From assembly GCA_038087875.1 (NCBI GenBank), contig CM075989.1:7070001-7134000 (forward strand): 64,000 nucleotides of DNA, written 5' to 3'. Below the pieces are notes generated by a model. That model made no database searches and was not told the DNA's origin. It saw only the letters and a list, made by a program, of their open reading frames with translations. Below, in pieces: positions 50,426 through 64,000 of this stretch; positions within the stretch are counted from its first letter, which is position 1; every line of letters starts with the position of its first letter. Origin of the DNA: Malacoraja senta (taxonomy: Eukaryota). A program made the position numbers and the translations under genes.

Positions 50426-51060
50426 CATAGTCAGTCAGTTAACACTGAAGGAGGGTTTTGCAGATTTCTAGCATTGGCTTTTATCCATGTCCTCATTCAT
50501 CATCTACATACACCTTCAATGCTCATACTTGCTGGACCTGATGGTAACTTTCAGCAATTCTGTTTTTATTTATTTCAATTTTCCAGTATCTCCTCTACTT
50601 TGCTTTTAGATAAAGAAGCTATGCTAGCACTTCATGAATCTGTCAAATACTCTCTCGTGTTCTGTTATCTACATCGTTCATTTGCATTCACAGACATCAG
50701 TGCAACAGCTGGAAGCTGCAATTATAGAAGCAAGGCTATGACCAATCAGAACACACACATAGATAGTAGCTCCAAACACTCAAATCACCATCATAAACTT
50801 ACAGAAACAATCGCATGATCAAGGTCGCTCCTATCCATCATAATCTGGCTTCATAGATAGTGTCTGACAATCAGCGAACACTCCCCCCTCTCCTGCTTTG
50901 CCATCTCTTGATCATTAGACATGTCCATGAATGTTGATGACCTTCAGTTGTTTGATCACTAATAACATTCGAGACTAAATGTCTGGCCATAAGTCAGTGC
51001 CTTCGGTTATAATAATTGAGTCTGAGTAGATTCCTTCGAGAGGGCGGCATTGGGTTGATT

Positions 51061-51376
51061 GGGCGGCACGGTGACACCGCGGTAGAGTTGCTGCCTTACG
51101 ACCCGGTTTCGATCCCGACTACGGGTGCTGCCTGTACGTAGTTTGTACATTCTCCTCATGTCCTACGTGGGTTTTCTCCGGGTGCTCTGGTTTCCTCCAA
51201 CACTCCAAAGACAAACAGGTTTGGCTTTTCTCAAGAATTAATTGGCTTTTCTCAAGAATCTAAATTGTCATTAGTGTTTAGGATGGTGCTAGTGAACGGG
51301 GATCACTGGTCAATGAGGAATCAGTGGGCCGAAGGGCCTGTTTCCACACTGTATCTCTAAACTAAACTAAACTAAA
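51061..51376 (+). mobile_element. HE1-like V-SINE
   Basis: Consensus match; small internal duplication TTGGCTTTTCTCAAGAAT. Confidence 0.88.
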
Positions 51377-51466
51377 AGTTTTGGTATTGTTGCTTCATTT
51401 GGCGAGACTGTCAGTAAATCTTATATGGAGGAGGTTTTTCTGTGGGTTGTTATTTCTGCAGAGTTA

Positions 51467-52332
<866 letters not shown>

Positions 52333-52444
52333 TTAAGCATTAGATAATTCCATTTGAAGAACACGAAAGGCTCCAGAACGCTTTGGCCAGTTCTAACAGC
52401 GAACTAATCAATTAGAAAAGTTTCTTGGGGTATTACCCGAAGGA

Positions 52445-53075
52445 CCTAGAACAGACCCTTCAGCCCACAACGTCCACGCCTGTGCCTCGTTAAACTAATC
52501 TCCTTTATGTGTATATGATCCATATCCCTCCAACCCCTGCATATCCATGTGCCTATCTAAAAGCTTCTTAAATGCCACTGTCATGGCTTACTCCACCACC
52601 GCCCTTGACAGTTCTTCCTGGTACGCGCCAGTCTCCATGTTAAAAAACATGCCCCGCACATCTCTTTTATACTTTGCCCCACTCACTCTAAGGCTCTGCC
52701 CTCTGGTCTTTGACTTTGCTACCCTGCAACAAAGGGTTCTGAGTGTCCACCCTATCTAAGCTTCTCATAATTTGATATACTTCTATCAGGTCTCCGCGCA
52801 CCAAATTCAAGTTTGTCCAACCTCTCCCTATAATTCAGTCAGCATTTGGGTAAAATTCTTTACACTCTCTCCAAACCCTCCATATACTTTCTGGAATGGG
52901 TGACCAGAATTGCACACAATACTCCAATGGCTGCCTGGCCAAACGTTTGTAATACTACAGTATGACTACCTGATTCCTATACTCAGTGCCGTGATCAGTG
53001 AAGGCAAGCCTTCTTTACCACTTTATCCATTTATCTTGACACTTTCAAGGAGCTCTGGACTTGGACCCCAACACT
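52445..53075 (-). mobile_element. CR1/HER1-like LINE 3' fragment (diverged)
   Basis: Reverse complement of the 4273-4788 type sequence. Confidence 0.75.
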
Positions 53076-54169
53076 TCAGTAGATCAAAATGTTTAAGAAG
53101 GAACTGCAGATGCTGGAAAATCGAAGGTAGACAAAACTGCTGGAGAAACTCTCCCTCAGCCCACTGGCTCCACCTCTTCCTTTCTCCTTGCCCCCCCCCC
53201 CCCCCCGCCCCACAAAAAGGTGGGTGATGTATCAGGTCGGGATCCTTCTTCAGTCTGTTTACGGAAACAGTCCACCAGTTTACAGAAAGCTTCATGTCGA
53301 TGAAGGACCACCTGCTTTTGTGCTGATTCATGATGAACAGGCTGACCTGGCTCTACTCTAAAAACACAGGCTCTTCTCAATGTTGCTGTTGAATATATTC
53401 AAGCACCTTTCAGAGAATTTGCTTCACACCAAACTAAAATAGCCCTCCTTTTTTGCCTTCTCTTTGGTGTTTATCTTGAATCCATACCCTCTGGTTACAC
53501 TAACAATCATCAAATCATTAATACTACTCATAACACTTCCCCTATATCTCCCTCTAATCTTCTCTCCATTGGGAAGAATAACTCTTGACTTCTTTTTTAT
53601 GCAACTGGTCTTACACCAGTAAATCCCAATGGCATCTTCTCCAAGGCTTTGCATCCATCTTGTGACATCAATGAAGGATTCTAATAGAAGGTCAATGGAA
53701 GCTGCAGTTCCTGGAGTAGGTCTCGGGCAATGAAAATATTTCAACTCAATTTACTTCCCAGCTTTGCTTACTGAATGTATTTCTTGAAAGTTGGCTCGTT
53801 TTTAAATGTGAAGGAAATGGTGCAATCTCCTTGGACCTCAAAACAATTATTTAAATCCTGAAACATTAATATTAATGTTCCTCTTGGAGGTTACAGAGTT
53901 GATATTTCTCAAAGTTACATTACTTTACAGCACAAAAACTATTGGACCCAACTGGTCCTTATGAGCAGATACAAGAAACTGTAGATGGTGGTTCACAAAA
54001 AAAAGACACAAAGTGCTGGAGTAATTCAGCTGAGTTATTTCATTGGTACACGTGAATGTTTTACGTCACTCCCAATTCCCTTCAAAGTCATATTTTATCA
54101 AACCATACTCGCAAATCTTTCCATTTATCCTTCATTATGCATCATAGAATATTTCTCCGAGCTTTTAGC

Positions 54170-54402
54170 GGGTGGCACGGTGGCACAGCGCCAGAGATGG
54201 GTGGTGTCTGTACGAAGTTTCCCCGTGACCACGTGGGTTTTCTCCGGGTGCTCTGGTTTCTTCCCACACACCAAAGACGTACAGGCTTGCAGGTTAATTG
54301 GCTTTGGTACAAATTGTCCCTAGTGTGTAGGATAATGCTATGTACGGGTGATCGCTGGTCGGTGTGGACTCGGTGGGCCATATCTCTAAAACTAAAATTA
54401 AA
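54170..54402 (+). mobile_element. HE1-like V-SINE (internally deleted)
   Basis: Consensus match. Confidence 0.85.
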
Positions 54403-54942
54403 ACCATTGCCTTTATGACAGACTGCCCTGTCTGAACAGTGATAAATGCTTATTCATTTTCACATGGACCAGCTGGTCCCAAAGCAACAGGCATCCTCTG
54501 GAAAGATCGGTGGCAATTAATATATTCCAAACAAGTGGCACAATCTTTTTTTCTCGGCAATGATCAAAAATCTGTTGAGAGCCCAGTTAACATTTCATAA
54601 ATAGTCCACATTTGCATCTGGCATTCAATAGAATAATGAAGAATTCAAAAATATATTAATTATTAAAGAATGTCAACAATTTGTTCAAGACAGCCACAGC
54701 AGGATAGTCATTATTTTTCACTCAAGTGATCACAATTATAAAAGACTTTCTTTAATTAGTACGGTACAACAGAATCCACTTGATATTTGTATTCGTCCAA
54801 TGTACTGTATTGATGGAGGAAACAAGCTTGCATTAATCACATCATAATGCTTTCCATGGTTTGATAAGCCCTGCCTCGTAAAACCATCTCCATTTGCCAG
54901 CCACCCTCAACTGCACATATATTATCATTTTGAGCATAAGTA

Positions 54943-55808
54943 GGCAGTGGAGGTCAATTCACTGGATGTATTCAAGAGAGAGTTAGATATAGCTCTTAGG
55001 GCTAACAGAACCAAGGGATATGGGGTGAAAGCAGGAACAGGGTAGTGATTCTGGAAGATCAGCCATGATACATAGATACATAGATACATAGAAAATAGGT
55101 GCAGGAGTAGGCCATTCGGCCCTTCGAGCCTGCACCGCCATTCAATACGATCATGGCTGATCATATTGAATGGTGGTGCTGGCTCGAAGGGCCGACTGGC
55201 CAATTACTGCACCTATTTTCTATGGTTCTATGTCTATGTTTCTAAGATTTAGAAAGGCATGAGGCAGCTGTATTGGACTTCAGTTAGGCCGCAATATGGT
55301 GTATTGAGTGCAGTTCTGGTTGCCCCATTACAGATGGGATGTGAAGGCTTTGGAAAGGATGCAGAGGAGGTTTACCAGAGCGATGCCTGGATTAGAGGGA
55401 ACTACTTACGAGGAGAGGTTGGACCAACTTATATTGTTTTCTCTGGAATGCGGGCAGACCTGATAGAAGTATATAAAATGATGAGAGAAATATATAGGGT
55501 GATCTGTTTCCCAGAATGGAAATTTCAAAGAGTAGCGGGGAAAGGAGAAACGATGAATGGAGATGTGGGGGGGGGGCAAATTGTTTTACACAGAGGGTGG
55601 TAAATGCCTGGAACACACTGCCAGGGGTGGTAGTGGAGGCACTTACGATAATGGCATTTAAGGGACCTGGATAAACACATGGATATGCAGGGAGTGGAGG
55701 GATGTGGATTATGTGCAGGCAGATAAGGATTGGTCTTGGCATCATGTTCGGCATGGGCATTGTGGGCCAAAGGGCCTGTTCCTGTGCTGTACTATGTTCC
55801 ATGTTCTA
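54943..55808 (+). mobile_element. Two adjacent CR1-type 3' fragments
   Basis: CR1 3' UTR with tail to ~55245, then an older HER1-like fragment to ~55808. Confidence 0.8.
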
Positions 55809-56084
55809 TCATTCCCTTACAATCTCAGTCTTGGCTTAGTGATCATCTCTGGCTCAAATTCCAATTCACACCAAAACAGTCGTGGATCAGAGGAAAGACT
55901 GCATTGTTTGCAGACTTTTAAATGCAATATCAAACTGAGGCCTGTCTCTGGTGGACATAAAGAATATAATGGTTAAAAAATGCTGGAAATCGGAAATATA
56001 AACTGAAAATGGCGGAAATACTCAGGAAGTCAGTCAGCATGTGTGGAGAGAAAAAAACAGACCCAACATTTAATATTGTCCCTG

Positions 56085-56386
56085 TGAGGTGGCACAGTGA
56101 CACAGCGGTAGATTTGCTGAAGCAAGAGACCTGGGTTCGATATTGACTGTAGGTGCTGTCCGTGTGGAGTTTGTACGTTTTCCCTGTGACCGTGTGGGTG
56201 CCCTGGTTTCCTCCCACATTCCAAAGACGTACAGGTTTGTAGATTAATTGGCTTTCGTAAATTGCCTCCCGTGCGTAGGTTGCGTAAGTGGGATAACGTA
56301 GAACTAGTGCAGAAGTGATCGATGGTCAGCGTGGACTCGGTGGGCAGCAGGGTCGGTTTTCATGCTTTACCTCTTAAACTAAAACT
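56085..56386 (+). mobile_element. HE1-like V-SINE
   Basis: Consensus match. Confidence 0.85.
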
Positions 56387-56858
56387 ACCCTAGAAAACTT
56401 ACTCAGTCAGCAGAAAGAATGGTGAAAAATGTTTCCCTTTCTACAGTTGCTGCTTGACCTGCTGAGTATTTGAATCAGTCTGAAGAAGAGTCCTGATGCA
56501 AAACGTTGCCTATCCATTACCTCCATAGATGCTGCCTGACCCACAGAGTTCCTCCAGCACATTATGTTTTGCTCAGGATTCCACCAAATTCAGTCTCTTG
56601 TGTGTCTCAGTATTTCCAGGATATTTTCTTGTTATTAAACATCACTGATCACAACTTTATGGCGGCATGGTGGCGTAGCAGTAGAGTTAGTGCCAGAGAC
56701 CCGGGTTCGATCCTGACCACGGGTGCATGCAGTTTGTACGTTCTTCCCGTGATTTGCGTGGGGTTTCTCCAAGATCTTTCTCCCACACTCCAAAGATGTA
56801 TAGCTTTGTAAGTTAAATGGCTTGGTACAAATATGAAATTATCCCTAGTGTGTGTAGT

Positions 56859-57151
56859 AGAAACATAGAAACATAGAAAATAGGTGCAGGAGTAGGCCGT
56901 TCGGCCCTTCGAGCCTGCACCGCCATTCAATATGATCATGGCTGATCATCCAACTCAGTATCCTGTACCTGCCTTCTCTCAATACCCCCTGATATCTTTA
57001 GCCACAAGGGCCACATCTAACTCCCTCTTAAATATAGCCAATGAACTGGCCTCAACTACCTTCTGTGGCAGAGAATTCCAGAGATTCACCACTCTCTATG
57101 TGAAAAATGTTTTTCTCATCTCGGTCCTAAAAGATTTCCCCCTTATCCTTA
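56859..57151 (-). mobile_element. Young CR1 3' end nested in an HE1-like SINE (56661-57247)
   Basis: 12-bp TSD AGTGTGTGTAGT; close match to the reverse complement of ~33930-34213. Confidence 0.92.
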
Positions 57152-57579
57152 AGTGTGTGTAGTGTGAATGTGCGGAGATCGCTGGTCGGCGCGGACTCGG
57201 TGGGTCGAAGGCCTTGTTTCCGCGCTGTATCTCTAAGCTAAACTAAATTTAATTTTCGAAGAACATGGTGATGTACCCCAACATACTAAAGCAGACGATC
57301 TAAATATTGTTCTTTGAATGAGTTTCCTTTCTGGAGATTTACTTTCATGTTTCCGACATTGTGAGACAGCACCTGAGTAATATCCCATAGTCGCTACAGT
57401 GTTTGGGATGTTCAGAGATTGTCGAGTTGAGTTTGAGTTGAGTTTGGTTATTTATCACATGTACCGAGGTACAGTGAAAAGCTTGTGTTGTGTGTTAATG
57501 AATCAGCGGAAAGACAATACGTGATTACAATCGAGCCGTCCACAGTGTACAGATATATTCTCAATCATATTCTCAATCG

Positions 57580-58325
57580 GCAGCATTTGGGAATGGAAAA
57601 TTGTTGGTTGCATGAGAATCTGTTCAAAAAATACATTATTGCACATCACACGCTGGTATTCTGCACATAAATCTTGAAATAAATTGCCGAACAATGTGTC
57701 ATCGTGTTACCGTTTTAAATAACAATGTTTAACACGACAAATCTATATTTGAAGGCAAACATTATCTATGTAAAATACAGCAAAAATAAATTAAATTAAT
57801 ATACTCACTATCACAGGAAGGGTCAAACCTTCTGAAAATGTTATTAATAATCAGCATACAACTGCTCTGCCCATGTGTATAAATCAATGAAAAATGTATT
57901 TTTACAGTTATTTTGTATAATACGAAATAAAATTAACTGTTTGATCTTTTGTTCCATAAAGCAAAATCAATGTTCTGTAGGCTCGGCAAAGACTTTTAGA
58001 CAGTGCATTCATTCACTTAAATGTACTGTGAATGCAAAAGGGCAGTGCAATTTATGCAAAGCCAGTCTTATAAATCATGAGCAAGATTGCCAAGCTTTCC
58101 TGTGTCCATTTCAAGGCACTTTACAATGCTTTCACTACTCTTAGAGCGCAGGAAGAACTCTTTAAGTTTTTGCACGTAGCTACTCAATAACAAAAATTGT
58201 TGGGGAACTAATGTTGAATATTTTTCAAGAACGTTACAATCTTCACCATTTTCCAGACGTTTGTATAGCTCCATTTTCTGTTTTAATGTTAGAACAACTT
58301 CCACTTTATACCTTGGCACTGGGGA
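57580..58325 (-). pseudogene. Degraded Tigger/pogo (CENP-B/Jerky-like) transposase
   Basis: VVLTLKQKMELYKRLENGE (psq-type HTH start), then KL..F...S......KL.NL...L*DW, and further on an EQI...MLP segment; stops and frameshifts present. Confidence 0.6.
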
Positions 58326-58431
58326 AAATATTCTGACTGGTTGCATCATGGCCTCTTCATCATGGACACGCTAGAGGCAGGAAACATGTTCCCGATGTTG
58401 GGGGAGTCCAGAACCAGGTGCCACTGTTTAA

Positions 58432-59179
58432 AGGGCCTGTCCCACTGCGGCGACTTAATTGGCGAGTTTAGAAGAGTTTGTCCTCGACTCATACTCGCAG
58501 CATGGTTGATACGAGGTCCTAGGAGGTCTTTGTAACTCTCCTTCATGCTCGAGAGTAGTCCCCGCGTACTCGAGGCCTCAGTTAGGTCGCGGCGTTTTTT
58601 TCAACTTGCTGAAAAATGCCCACGAGTAAAAAAAAGGTCGCCATTGAAAAAATCTATATTTTTTTACTCGTAGGTTTGGTCGAGGTAGGTCGTAGTAGGT
58701 CATAATGCTATCGTACGTAATCGAAGGCAATCGAAGATAATCGAAGGAGGTCGAAGGTAAAGCTCGTTGAGAATAAAAAGGTAAGTAAACCGACCGGTAA
58801 TGTTAAATCCCCGCTAAACTTTATTAAAAGTTGTCTGGCTTCTTAAAAGTGTCTCCACTCCTTCTCCCCCCTTCTCTCCCCCCCCCCCCCCCCCCCACCC
58901 TCTCCACGTTCTCTAAAGGACTTACCGTAACTGTGCCAACCGTTTTTTACCTTCCTGTTCATCGCGGGTGTGAATTTCAGACAGCGCTCCCCCGCTTTCC
59001 CTGGCCGCCGCCTTTGCGATGTATTTGTGTGTTTGTGTGTGTGCAGACGGTCAATCCGGCTCACGGTTTCATCTCCGACGGTCGATCCAGCTTGAGGTTT
59101 TTCAGGCGACTGTCTTTGACCTTCAGAGCTTGAAGGTCGAAGACAGTCGCTGAAAAGTCGCGTTAGTGGGACAGGCCCT
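58432..59179. mobile_element. Non-autonomous PIF/Harbinger-type transposon nested in a CR1 3' fragment (58360-59460)
   Basis: TIR AGGGCCTGTCCCACT; TAA TSD splits the CR1 sequence ..GTT-TAA-GAATAAGGGG. Confidence 0.92.
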
Positions 59180-59710
59180 TAAGAATAAGGGGTCGGCCAT
59201 TTAGAATGGAGATGAGGAAACACTTTTTCACACAGAGAGTTGTGAGTCTGTGGAATTCTCTGCTTCAGAGGGTGGTGGAGGTCGGTTCTCTGGAGACTTT
59301 CAAGAGAGAGCTAGATAGGGCTCTTAAAGATAGCAGAAGCAGGGGATATGGGGAGAAGGCAGGAACGGGGTACTGATTGGGGATGATCAGCCACGATCAC
59401 ATTGAATGGCTGTGCTGGCTCGAAGGGCCGAATGGCCTAATGCACCTATTGTCTATTGTCTCATGACAATTCCAACTGCTAGGAATGGTGGACTCAGCCC
59501 AGTCCATCATGTGTACAGCCCTTATCATCTTCAAATGCATTGGCATGAGGTGCCTACTTCAAGAAGGCAGCATCTATCATCAAGGATCTCCACCATCCAG
59601 GCAATGTCCTCTTCTTGTTAGTACCATCAGGCAGGAGAAACAGAAGCCTGAAGTCCCACACCAAATTCAGGATCAGTGACTTTCCTACGGGTTTTAAGTT
59701 CTTGAATCAA

Positions 59711-60514
59711 AATGATAGCAGGCAGCCTTGGAAGCCTTACCCCACTACTCAAGCCTCACGTCAAAAACCTTGGCGTGATATTTGACTCAGCGCTGAAATT
59801 TGACAAACAAGTCAATGCCGTGGTAAAAGCTAGCTTCTTTCAGCTTCGGACGATAGCTAAAATAAAACAATTCCCCCACTTTGATGACCTCGAAAAGATC
59901 ATCCACACATTCATCTCCTCCCGCCTAGATTACTGCAACTCCCTTTACACTGGCATCAGCCAATCTTCCCTGTCCCGCCTGCAACTGGTCCAAAACGCCG
60001 CAGCGAGACTCCTGACGGGCACCCGAAAAAGGGACCACATCACCCCGTTCCTGGCCTCTCTCCACTGGCTCCCTGTGCGGTTCCGTATAAACTTCAAGAT
60101 CCTCCTCCATGTCTACAAAGCCCTCAATGGGCTTGCCCCCACCTACATAAAAAGTCTTCTCACCCACCACTCCACCTCCAGGTCCCTCAGATCGGCCGAC
60201 TTGGGTTCCTGAATATCCCGCGGTCTAGGCATAAGCTCAGGGGCGACCGCGCCTTTGCAGTTGCAGCCCCTAGACTGTGGAACAGCATCCATTTCCCATC
60301 AGAACTGCCCCCTCCATCAACTCTTTTAAGTCAAGACTAAAAACTTATCTATACTCCCAAGCCTTTCCTGACGTCCTCTGAGTGAGGGCTACATGTATAT
60401 ATGTATGTAGTTTGTTTGTTTGTGCTATTCTTATAACAAATGTAAAGCACTTTGGCCAACGAGAGTTGTTTTTTAAATGTGCTATATAAAGAAATGTGAC
60501 TTGACTTGACTTGA
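59711..60514 (+). mobile_element. L2-clade LINE 3' fragment
   Basis: VKNLGVIFDS.L.F..Q..SSRLDYCNSL..LQLVQNAAARLLT..HITP.LASLHWLPV.FRI.FKILL; (GACTT)n tail; CTTGAATCAA at both ends; nested in a Rex-like fragment (59484-60800). Confidence 0.94.
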
Positions 60515-61256
60515 CTTGAATCAACCTGCACAGCTCGAATCCTACCTCAGCTACAGAACATTATGGACCACGTTTAGCACCACCGTGGAGTTGGTTACAG
60601 ATTTTAGATTATTTGCTTTATTGTTTTGCTTTTATTTGCACAGTCTTTTTTTTCTGTTTCACTGTCTTGTAGAATTTATGTGTAATTTAAGTATAATTTG
60701 TTTTGTGACTTGTCTGAGTCTATATATCTGTGATGCTGCTGCAAGCAAGTTGTTTTTATTGTACCTGTACTTCTCCCGACGACAATAAACTTGGGTTGGC
60801 TTGATTTGCATATCTGGCATGGTGGGTAGATGGGAGAAATACAGTTTACAAAACACAATAGGGACCAGCCTTCACTTGTAAACAAACAAGAGAGACCTAT
60901 GGAGTAACTCACCGGGTCAGGCAGGTTCTGGAGAAAAGGAACAGGTGACATTTCAGCTTGGAACCCTTCTTCAGACTGTAAGTCTGGTGTAACCTGTCCC
61001 TTTTCTGCTGCCTGATCATCTGAGTTACTCCAGAACATTGTGTCTACCTTTGGTGTAAACAAGCAACTGCTGTTCCTTTCTACACATGAAGGACCTATAC
61101 CTGCCCATTGCCGATACCAACAATTCTGCCATTTTATTTAACTACCTACCATAGAATTTTAATTCTTGGTCTGCTACGGCGTGATTGAACTGAAGTCTCC
61201 AGCTTTACAGACCAGATCTATGGATAACTAGTCTCGTAGTTCTACTGGTCTACTAA

Positions 61257-61720
61257 AGGGCCTGTCCCACTTGGGCGATCTAAGCTGCGAGTTTAGAAGA
61301 GTTTGCCCAGGAATCAAACTCGCAGCATGGTCGGCACGAGGTCCTAGGAGGTCGTATGAGGTGGCTGGAACTCTCCTTCATGCTTGAGTGGGGTTCCCGC
61401 CTACTCAGGGCCTCACTTAGGTCGTGGACATTTTTTCAGCATGTTGAAAAAATTTCCACGAGTAAAATTTGGTCGGCATGGTTCTTTTTCACTCGTAGGG
61501 CAGTGGAGTGGGGTAGCTATTTACTTACTGGCAGTCGAGGGCAGCCGTAGGCCATTTCCTTCGCTGACCGGCCATTTTGATTGGCTCATTGGAGTTTCAC
61601 GACCCAGAAAGACCTACCGGTAGGTAAAATGCCCGCTAACTTTATTAAACCTCTTAAAAGTGTCTCCACTCCTTCTCTCTCCCCTTCTCCCCCCCTTCTC
61701 TCCCCTTCTGTCTCCCCTTC
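61257..61720. mobile_element. PIF/Harbinger-type element, right end missing
   Basis: TAA + AGGGCCTGTCCCACT left TIR; collinear with ~51467-51910. Confidence 0.88.
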
Positions 61721-62019
61721 TGTTTTCATATTTCATATTTCATTTGGCCACTCTCTCTCTCTCCGCCACTCCCCCCCTCTCTCTCCGTCCTCCCCCACCC
61801 TAGTTCTCTGACTAGTTTCACTGTCCTCCTGATTTATTTTCCTGTCTGTATGCCTCATTGTCACCTTCCCCTCAGCCAACAATGAATCATTCTACATTTC
61901 CTTGATCGGCGTCTGCATTGATCTGTTGTTTTCACACCTTACATTCTCTTTGTATCCGTCCATATCTCCAGTTTCCCTCTCCCCTGACTCTATGTCTGAA
62001 GAAGGGTCTCGGCCCTGTA

Positions 62020-62611
62020 TACGAAGGGACAGAGCTGTGTGTAGTTTCTGAGGAGGCTTCACTCTATCAACGACTGCAGTAAGATGCTACTGATTTTCTA
62101 TCAAGTGGTGGTGGCCAATGCCATCCTCTTCGCTGTCGCGTGCTAGGGTAGCAGGTCGAAGGCCGTGGATGCCAACAGAATCATCAAGGTCATCAGGAAC
62201 TCCACTCTGTCCTGGGAGTGGAGTTGGATTAATTGGAGGTGGTCTTGGAGGGGAGGATGCTCCTCAAACTGCGGATCATCTTGGACAATACAGATCACCC
62301 CCTCCATGACACACTGGTCAACCTGAGGAGCACCTTCAGCAACAGACTGGTTCCACCAATAAGCTAGGTGACACATAACGCCACAGGAGATCCTTTTTCC
62401 CTGTGGCTATCAAACTCTACAACTCCTCCCCCTTCTGTCGTGGGGTAGACTGACTCCCCCCCCCTCCCTCCCATCCCAATCTATACACAGCCACAGTCCT
62501 GGACTTTCCACTCATCACTTCAATTTGAAGTTTCATGTATCTTGTGTTTTCTGACTGTTGACAGACCAATTCCCCTCCTGGGATAAATAATGTTCTACCG
62601 TATCGTATCGT
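62020..62611 (+). mobile_element. Rex1/Babar-like LINE 3' fragment (degraded)
   Basis: Degraded FYQ.VVA.AI.FAV.C..HPLHDTLV.LRSTFSNRL; (GTATC)n tail; same 3' UTR stub at 45290-45380. Confidence 0.75.
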
Positions 62612-63117
62612 GACAACCAGAAATTGACACTGTCTGTTGCCACCATGCATATTAACATTGACATTGGGCCCATTGAGCTTGCTCCGACCATTGATAAGAT
62701 CATAGGTGATCTCACTGTGACCTCAGCTCCATGTTGTCATCTACCCAGAGTAAGTTGGGGCCACTCTCACCATGCGTTTAATGCACCTTGAGGAAGAAAA
62801 TTCCGAAGAAAATTCCAAAGAAGACATGCCCTCCACAACCTCATATTGGACTGAGATGAAAATAAATGTCTTTACACTGAGGGTCATGAATCTTTGGAAT
62901 TCAATAACCCAGAGGGCAGCACAAGCTTACTCAGCTATTGAAAATATTTAATGCTGCAATTGATTTTTGGACAGTGAAGGGATCAGAAAAGTTGGACAGA
63001 AAAGAGGGCGAGACCCAGAATCAGCAATGGTCTCTTTGACAGATGGAGAGTATCAAGGCTTGTATAAAACTTGCTCTTGCTCGTATTTTTTATGTTCTAC
63101 TTTCATCTGCTGCCTTG

Positions 63118-63400
63118 AAAGAAACTTGGACTTGCAGAGTGCCTTTCACAACTTCAGACATTTCAAAGCAATGTAGAAGCAATAAAATATTTTATAACTG
63201 TTCTCTGGCACAGTGCAGGAGGAACAGGGAATTCTGCAGATGGTAAACTCCCACAAACATCAGCAAGATAATGAGCACATCATGATTTTATTGATATTGA
63301 TTGTGGGATAGATTTTGGCCAAGAGGCCACTCTGAACTCCTCCACCTTTCATCGGATAATGGTATAGGGGGGAGGTTTACAGTCTCTTGTGTCAGACAGT
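63118..63400 (-). mobile_element. Ancient Deu-domain SINE relic
   Basis: Reverse complement resembles 19150-19365 (aaactcccacaaac..ttggcca). Confidence 0.55.
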
Positions 63401-63424
63401 TTCAATTTAATTAGAGCATTTTCA

Positions 63425-63975
63425 GGGCAGCACAGCCAGTACAGTTGCTGATTCACAGCTCCAGAGACCCAGGTTCAATCCTGACTCCGGGTGCTCTCTG
63501 TTGGGAGTTTGCACGTTCTCCATGCGACCAGATGGGTTTCCTCTGGATACTCCGATATCCTCCCCCAGGGGCAAGACGTGTGGGTCAGTAGGTGAAGGAA
63601 AGAACTGCAGGTGCTGGTTTTAATCAAAAATAGACACAAAATGCTGGAGTAACTTAGCGGGACAGGCAGCATCTCTGGAGAGAAGGAATGGGTGATGTTT
63701 TGGGTCGAGACCCTTCTTCAGAACGTCACCCATTCCTTCTCTCCAGAGATGCCGACTGGCCCGCTGAGTTACTCCAGCATGTGTATCTATCTTGGGTTAG
63801 TAGTAAGTTGGTTGCTGTAAATTACACTGATTGTGAGGGCAGGTGGTAATATCTGTGGAGAGTTTATAGGAATGTTGAGATATTCTAGAGGGTTTAGTGC
63901 AGGATGATTGTACAAATTGGTGCATAATGGACAACCTGAACTCAATGGGCTGAAGGGCCATGCGGTATAATACCA
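63425..63975 (+). mobile_element. Old HE1-like SINE interrupted by a PLE fold-back unit (~63592-63793)
   Basis: SINE head and V-domain, inverted pLTR pair, then SINE tail. Confidence 0.75.
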
Positions 63976-64000
63976 TGACTCAATGCCTGTGGAAAAACTG

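Overview
Eukaryotic, repeat-dense and essentially non-coding DNA. The repeat families (HE1-type V-SINEs sharing a 3' tail with CR1/HER1 LINEs, Deu-domain SINE relics) point to a cartilaginous fish, probably a skate or ray (inference). I recognise no complete host protein-coding gene. The long ORFs come from low-complexity tracts or LINE fragments (CR1, L2, Rex1/Babar, RTE). A CpG-rich segment at about 35.0-36.0 kb looks like the promoter and first two exons of a minus-strand gene. Non-autonomous DNA transposons have clear TIRs and TSDs (three hAT-type, four PIF/Harbinger-type), and there is a degraded Tigger/pogo transposase. The most interesting signals are two kinds of predicted self-cleaving RNA in retroelements. 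(1) A ~140-bp retroposon in two copies (32477-32617, 49517-49656) whose 5' end folds as a minimal HDV/CPEB3-like ribozyme; in the intact copy the predicted cleavage-site G directly follows the TSD. (2) Many Penelope-derived pseudo-LTR pieces carrying a minimal hammerhead motif, often inserted as TSD-flanked fold-back units. All family names were assigned by eye, without database searches.
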